Source: Escherichia phage ECP1. Taken from it: a DNA stretch of 40,469 nucleotides. The position numbers and the translations under genes were made by a program. The stretch lies in the sequence record KY979108. One strand, 5' to 3'. The notes beneath the pieces were generated by a model, which ran no database searches, had not been told where the DNA came from, and saw only the letters and a program-made list of their open reading frames with translations. Shown here in pieces: positions 38,109 to 40,469 of the stretch (position 1 is the stretch's first letter; each line of letters begins with the position of its first letter).

Positions 38109-38336
38109 TCATAATTCACTCTTCAATACTTCCAACTTACTAATCGCCGATAGATATCCGCGCTGATAGGGCATCATCATTCCTTCGAGCTTGCCACTTC
38201 TTAACTCCTCCCTGAGCAATTGTATTGCTTGATCAATAACCTCTGCCTTAGCGTCCTTTATGGCTTGCTTGCGGGGCTTTGCTTTCTGCTTTGGCAGATT
38301 TCTCAAGCATGATGGAATGTATGTCTGATTCATCAC
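38109..38336 (-). CDS. Hypothetical early-left protein (75 aa)
   Basis: ORF immediately downstream of the N-like gene. Confidence 0.4.
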   Translation of the reverse strand: MMNQTYIPSCLRNLPKQKAKPRKQAIKDAKAEVIDQAIQLLREELRSGKLEGMMMPYQRGYLSAISKLEVLKSEL

Positions 38337-38609
38337 TTACCTGGCTGTCAGTTGTTTTGATTTCCGGTAGCCTGCCGCGTAAAGAGCTACGTTTGGCAGG
38401 CAAATACTTCCACTGCATTCATCTGCCTTCTTGCAGCGAAGGATTCCGAGTGATGCTGCTTTATCTGCTCTGACGCAACCAGAGAGCTTTAGCGCAATTT
38501 TTCGTGCCAGTCGCTGCTCTTGCATTGCCTGTTCACGTTGAGCCTGTCTGCGTGCTCTGCGGCGATTTCTGGCGTTATCGTCAGCCAGATATGTAATGAC
38601 TACTGTCAT
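38337..38609 (-). CDS. N: N-like transcription antiterminator
   Basis: N-terminal arginine-rich motif (NARNRRRARRQAQREQA); first gene after PL and nutL. Confidence 0.65.
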   Translation of the reverse strand: MTVVITYLADDNARNRRRARRQAQREQAMQEQRLARKIALKLSGCVRADKAASLGILRCKKADECSGSICLPNVALYAAGYRKSKQLTAR

Positions 38610-38715
38610 GTTGACCTCCGATGATTGACTTTGGCGGTGACGCGCCGGGTGCTTATCTTCCGGTTGCCGTCGTGCAGCTGCACTTCACGTCACCCCAAAG
38701 CCAACTACTCTTTGG

Positions 38716-38757
38716 TTCCCGCATTTCGGCGGGACAATCCCATCAATGTTAAAGAGC
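38716..38757 (-). promoter_or_regulatory. nutL: boxA (GCTCTTTAACA) and boxB hairpin (TTCCCGC-CGAAAT-GCGGGAA)
   Basis: Same boxA/boxB pair recurs at nutR on the + strand. Confidence 0.7.
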
Positions 38758-38803
38758 CTGCCAATCTGTTCCGTTTGGCTTCCAGCGTCCTGCTGATGGC
38801 TAG

Positions 38804-38832
38804 ATAATCACAAATTGTGGTCGTACTGTCAA
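38804..38832 (-). promoter_or_regulatory. PL promoter (-35 TTGACA, 17-bp spacer, -10 GATTAT) with overlapping OL operator palindromes
   Basis: Read on the minus strand; imperfect palindromes with ATCACA/TGTGAT half-sites overlap and flank it. Confidence 0.6.
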
Positions 38833-38904
38833 CACGAAATGTGATTGTTTTTATCACAACCCGTGTTTACATTGATTTTAAAGGTAATTTAATTTTCTTT
38901 GGGC

Positions 38905-38930
38905 AACAAAAAACCCGCCGAAGCGGGTTT
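38905..38930 (-). terminator. Terminator downstream of cI (hairpin CCCGC-CGAA-GCGGG with T-run on the minus strand)
   Basis: Inverted repeat between the cI stop and PL. Confidence 0.55.
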
Positions 38931-38953
38931 GATGTTTTTAAGTGGCGGGTATA

Positions 38954-39595
38954 TCAGGAGAATTTCATCATCATCTGCACTGCTACGCCGATTATCTTGC
39001 AGTTGCCGTCGATTGGGATCAACGGATAGGCAGGGTTAAGCCCTTTCAGGTATTTGTTACCGCCATCAATGATTAGCTTCTTGAACGTGGCTTCATTAGC
39101 ATCTGTCAGCTTCGCAACTACCAGGCTTCCATTAACGGCTTCCTTTCCAGTGTCGAACAGAACCAGCATACCCTCAGGAACGCTAAGGCCGGTAGGAGCT
39201 GTCATTGAGTCGCCCTGAACCCTGAGCCAGAAGGCGTCACCGACAACGTGACAATCTGATTCATACCACTCATCCACTGCCTGAGGGTTGTACGGCTCTA
39301 CGGCCTCACTCCATGCACCTGCGCTAACCCAGCTAATCAACGGAAACTTTTCCCCTGGCTTGTATTGTCCCTGATAGTTGTCGCCAAAAAGCAGTTCTGC
39401 CGGAGCGACACCCAAAGCTTTAGCTATTACCTCTGCGTCATCAACACTAACGCTTCTGGTTCCTGATTCATAGTTGCCGATCCGAGATTGTGAAGCCCAG
39501 CCGCAAAGCTCCGCAAGAGCCTTCTGTGTAAGCCCTTTATCTTCCCGTAATCGCTTGATACGCGCGGCGATAGTTTCTGTTCTGTTCATGCGCAT
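38954..39595 (-). CDS. cI: CI-type repressor (HTH-XRE N-terminus, S24 LexA-like autocleavage C-terminus)
   Basis: HTH motif (LTQKALAELCGWASQSRIGNYESG), likely Ala-Gly cleavage site (SAGAW), catalytic Ser (GDSM) and Lys (VVAKL). Confidence 0.9.
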   Translation of the reverse strand: MRMNRTETIAARIKRLREDKGLTQKALAELCGWASQSRIGNYESGTRSVSVDDAEVIAKALGVAPAELLFGDNYQGQYKPGEKFPLISWVSAGAWSEAVEPYNPQAVDEWYESDCHVVGDAFWLRVQGDSMTAPTGLSVPEGMLVLFDTGKEAVNGSLVVAKLTDANEATFKKLIIDGGNKYLKGLNPAYPLIPIDGNCKIIGVAVQMMMKFS

Positions 39596-39699
39596 TTTAT
39601 ATCACATTCCGTGGTTTAAGGCTTTACACGATTTGTGTTGACTATCAATCACAATGTGTGTTTAATAAAGACTGAGTGAACTAGCTCTTAAGGAAACCT
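39596..39699. promoter_or_regulatory. Immunity-region control: OR operators, PR (-35 TTGACT at 39638..39643) and divergent PRM
   Basis: Divergent cI/cro arrangement; ACAC...GTGT palindromic elements (for example ACACGATTTGTGT at 39626..39638). Confidence 0.6.
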
Positions 39700-39915
39700 A
39701 TGAACAACATTGCCAACGAACGGAAAAAGCTTGGCATCACTCAATCTGCGTTAGCAGGCGCGTGTGGCTGGAACCAGTCCCGCTTAGCTAACTACGAGTC
39801 AGGTATCCGGACTCCAGATTTAGAGTCGTGCCGTAGCCTGGTAAAGGCGCTGAATAAATTGGGGAGCAAGACAACGCTAGATGGCTTGTTCCCGCCGCGT
39901 AAGAACGCCGCATAA
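39700..39915 (+). CDS. cro: Cro-like HTH regulator
   Basis: 71 aa HTH protein divergent from cI; RBS AAGGAAA. Confidence 0.8.
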   Translation: MNNIANERKKLGITQSALAGACGWNQSRLANYESGIRTPDLESCRSLVKALNKLGSKTTLDGLFPPRKNAA

Positions 39916-39920
39916 GCAAA

Positions 39921-39966
39921 TTGCTCTTTAACAGTCATGGTCCTCATTCCCGCCGAAATGCGGGAA
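39921..39966 (+). promoter_or_regulatory. nutR: boxA (TGCTCTTTAACA) and boxB hairpin (TTCCCGC-CGAAAT-GCGGGAA)
   Basis: Identical boxB to nutL; lies between cro and cII as in lambda. Confidence 0.7.
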
Positions 39967-40023
39967 TACAACGCGCATAAGTTGATGCGCATAACTTCTT
40001 ATTTGTTAAGGAAATACTTACAT

Positions 40024-40302
40024 ATGGAACTTACAAGTACTCGCAAGAAAGCGAATGCAATTACAAGCAACATCCTGAATCGAATTGCTGTACGTGGTCA
40101 GCGAAAGGTTGCCGACGCGTTAGGGATTAATGAATCGCAAATTTCGCGATGGAAAGACAGCTTCATCCCCAAAATGGGAATGCTTCTGGCTGTTCTTGAA
40201 TGGGGTGTTGAAGACGAGGAGTTGGCGGAACTGGCTAAGAAAGTAGCCAGAATGCTGACAAAAGAAAAAGCCCCGAAGAACGGCGAATTCTTCGAGGCCT
40301 GA
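40024..40302 (+). CDS. cII: CII-like transcriptional activator
   Basis: Conserved SQISRWK...MLLAVLEWGV core as in lambda CII; ORF track starts at 39937 but the internal ATG at 40024 lies after nutR. Confidence 0.8.
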   Translation: MELTSTRKKANAITSNILNRIAVRGQRKVADALGINESQISRWKDSFIPKMGMLLAVLEWGVEDEELAELAKKVARMLTKEKAPKNGEFFEA

Positions 40303-40336
40303 TGTAGAAAGACTGGATCAATCCACAGGAGTAATT

Positions 40337-40469
40337 ATGACAAAACGTCGTAAGAAATACCAGGAAAAAGAAGAGATTCGACACCCTGATTCACCTGAGG
40401 GATTAGTGGTAGCCGCAGCAAATAACAGGGCGTTCGCAGAGCGCCTTGTTGGTGTTTACAGACTAGCCA
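40337..40469 (+). CDS. 5' part of a small ORF running off the window end
   Basis: ATG at 40337 with RBS GGAG; translation MTKRRKKYQEKEEIRHPDSPEGL...; truncated by the window. Confidence 0.3.
   Translation, partial: MTKRRKKYQEKEEIRHPDSPEGLVVAAANNRAFAERLVGVYRLA

Noticed and set aside
39937-40023. N-terminal extension of cII from the ATG at 39937
   Set aside because: That stretch covers nutR boxA/boxB; the conserved CII core begins at the internal ATG at 40024, so the shorter model is preferred.

Overview
The window reads as one complete, circularly permuted genome of a mosaic lambdoid temperate phage (about 40.5 kb), with both ends falling in the cII / replication-initiator region. Gene order on the + strand: replication initiator with embedded iteron origin, DnaB-type helicase, a lambda-like nin region (NinB, N6-adenine methyltransferase, NinE, NinF, RusA, NinH), antiterminator Q with PR'/tR', the lambda lysis cassette (S, R, Rz with embedded Rz1), a ~5 kb accessory island, then terminase, an HK97-type head module and a lambda-like tail module (G/GT frameshift, tape measure, M, L, K, I, J, tail fibre). 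This is followed by an attP-like site whose core matches the 3' 45 nt of a tRNA-Thr(CGU) and is flanked by arm-type repeats. The - strand carries integrase, excisionase, early-left genes (SSB, Rad52-like annealing protein, small ORFs), an N-like antiterminator with nutL, PL and cI; cro, nutR and cII follow on the + strand. All calls come from reading the sequence and ORF translations and from remembered family signatures; no database search was run. The most interesting region is the accessory island between the lysis genes and terminase: a KilA-N gene, a low-GC single-gene moron with its own promoter and terminator, and an HNH / two-glycosyltransferase / HNH cluster that may be an uncharacterised glycosylation or defence/anti-defence module. 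Other candidate morons are a small membrane protein inserted between tail genes K and I, and a lipoprotein downstream of J.
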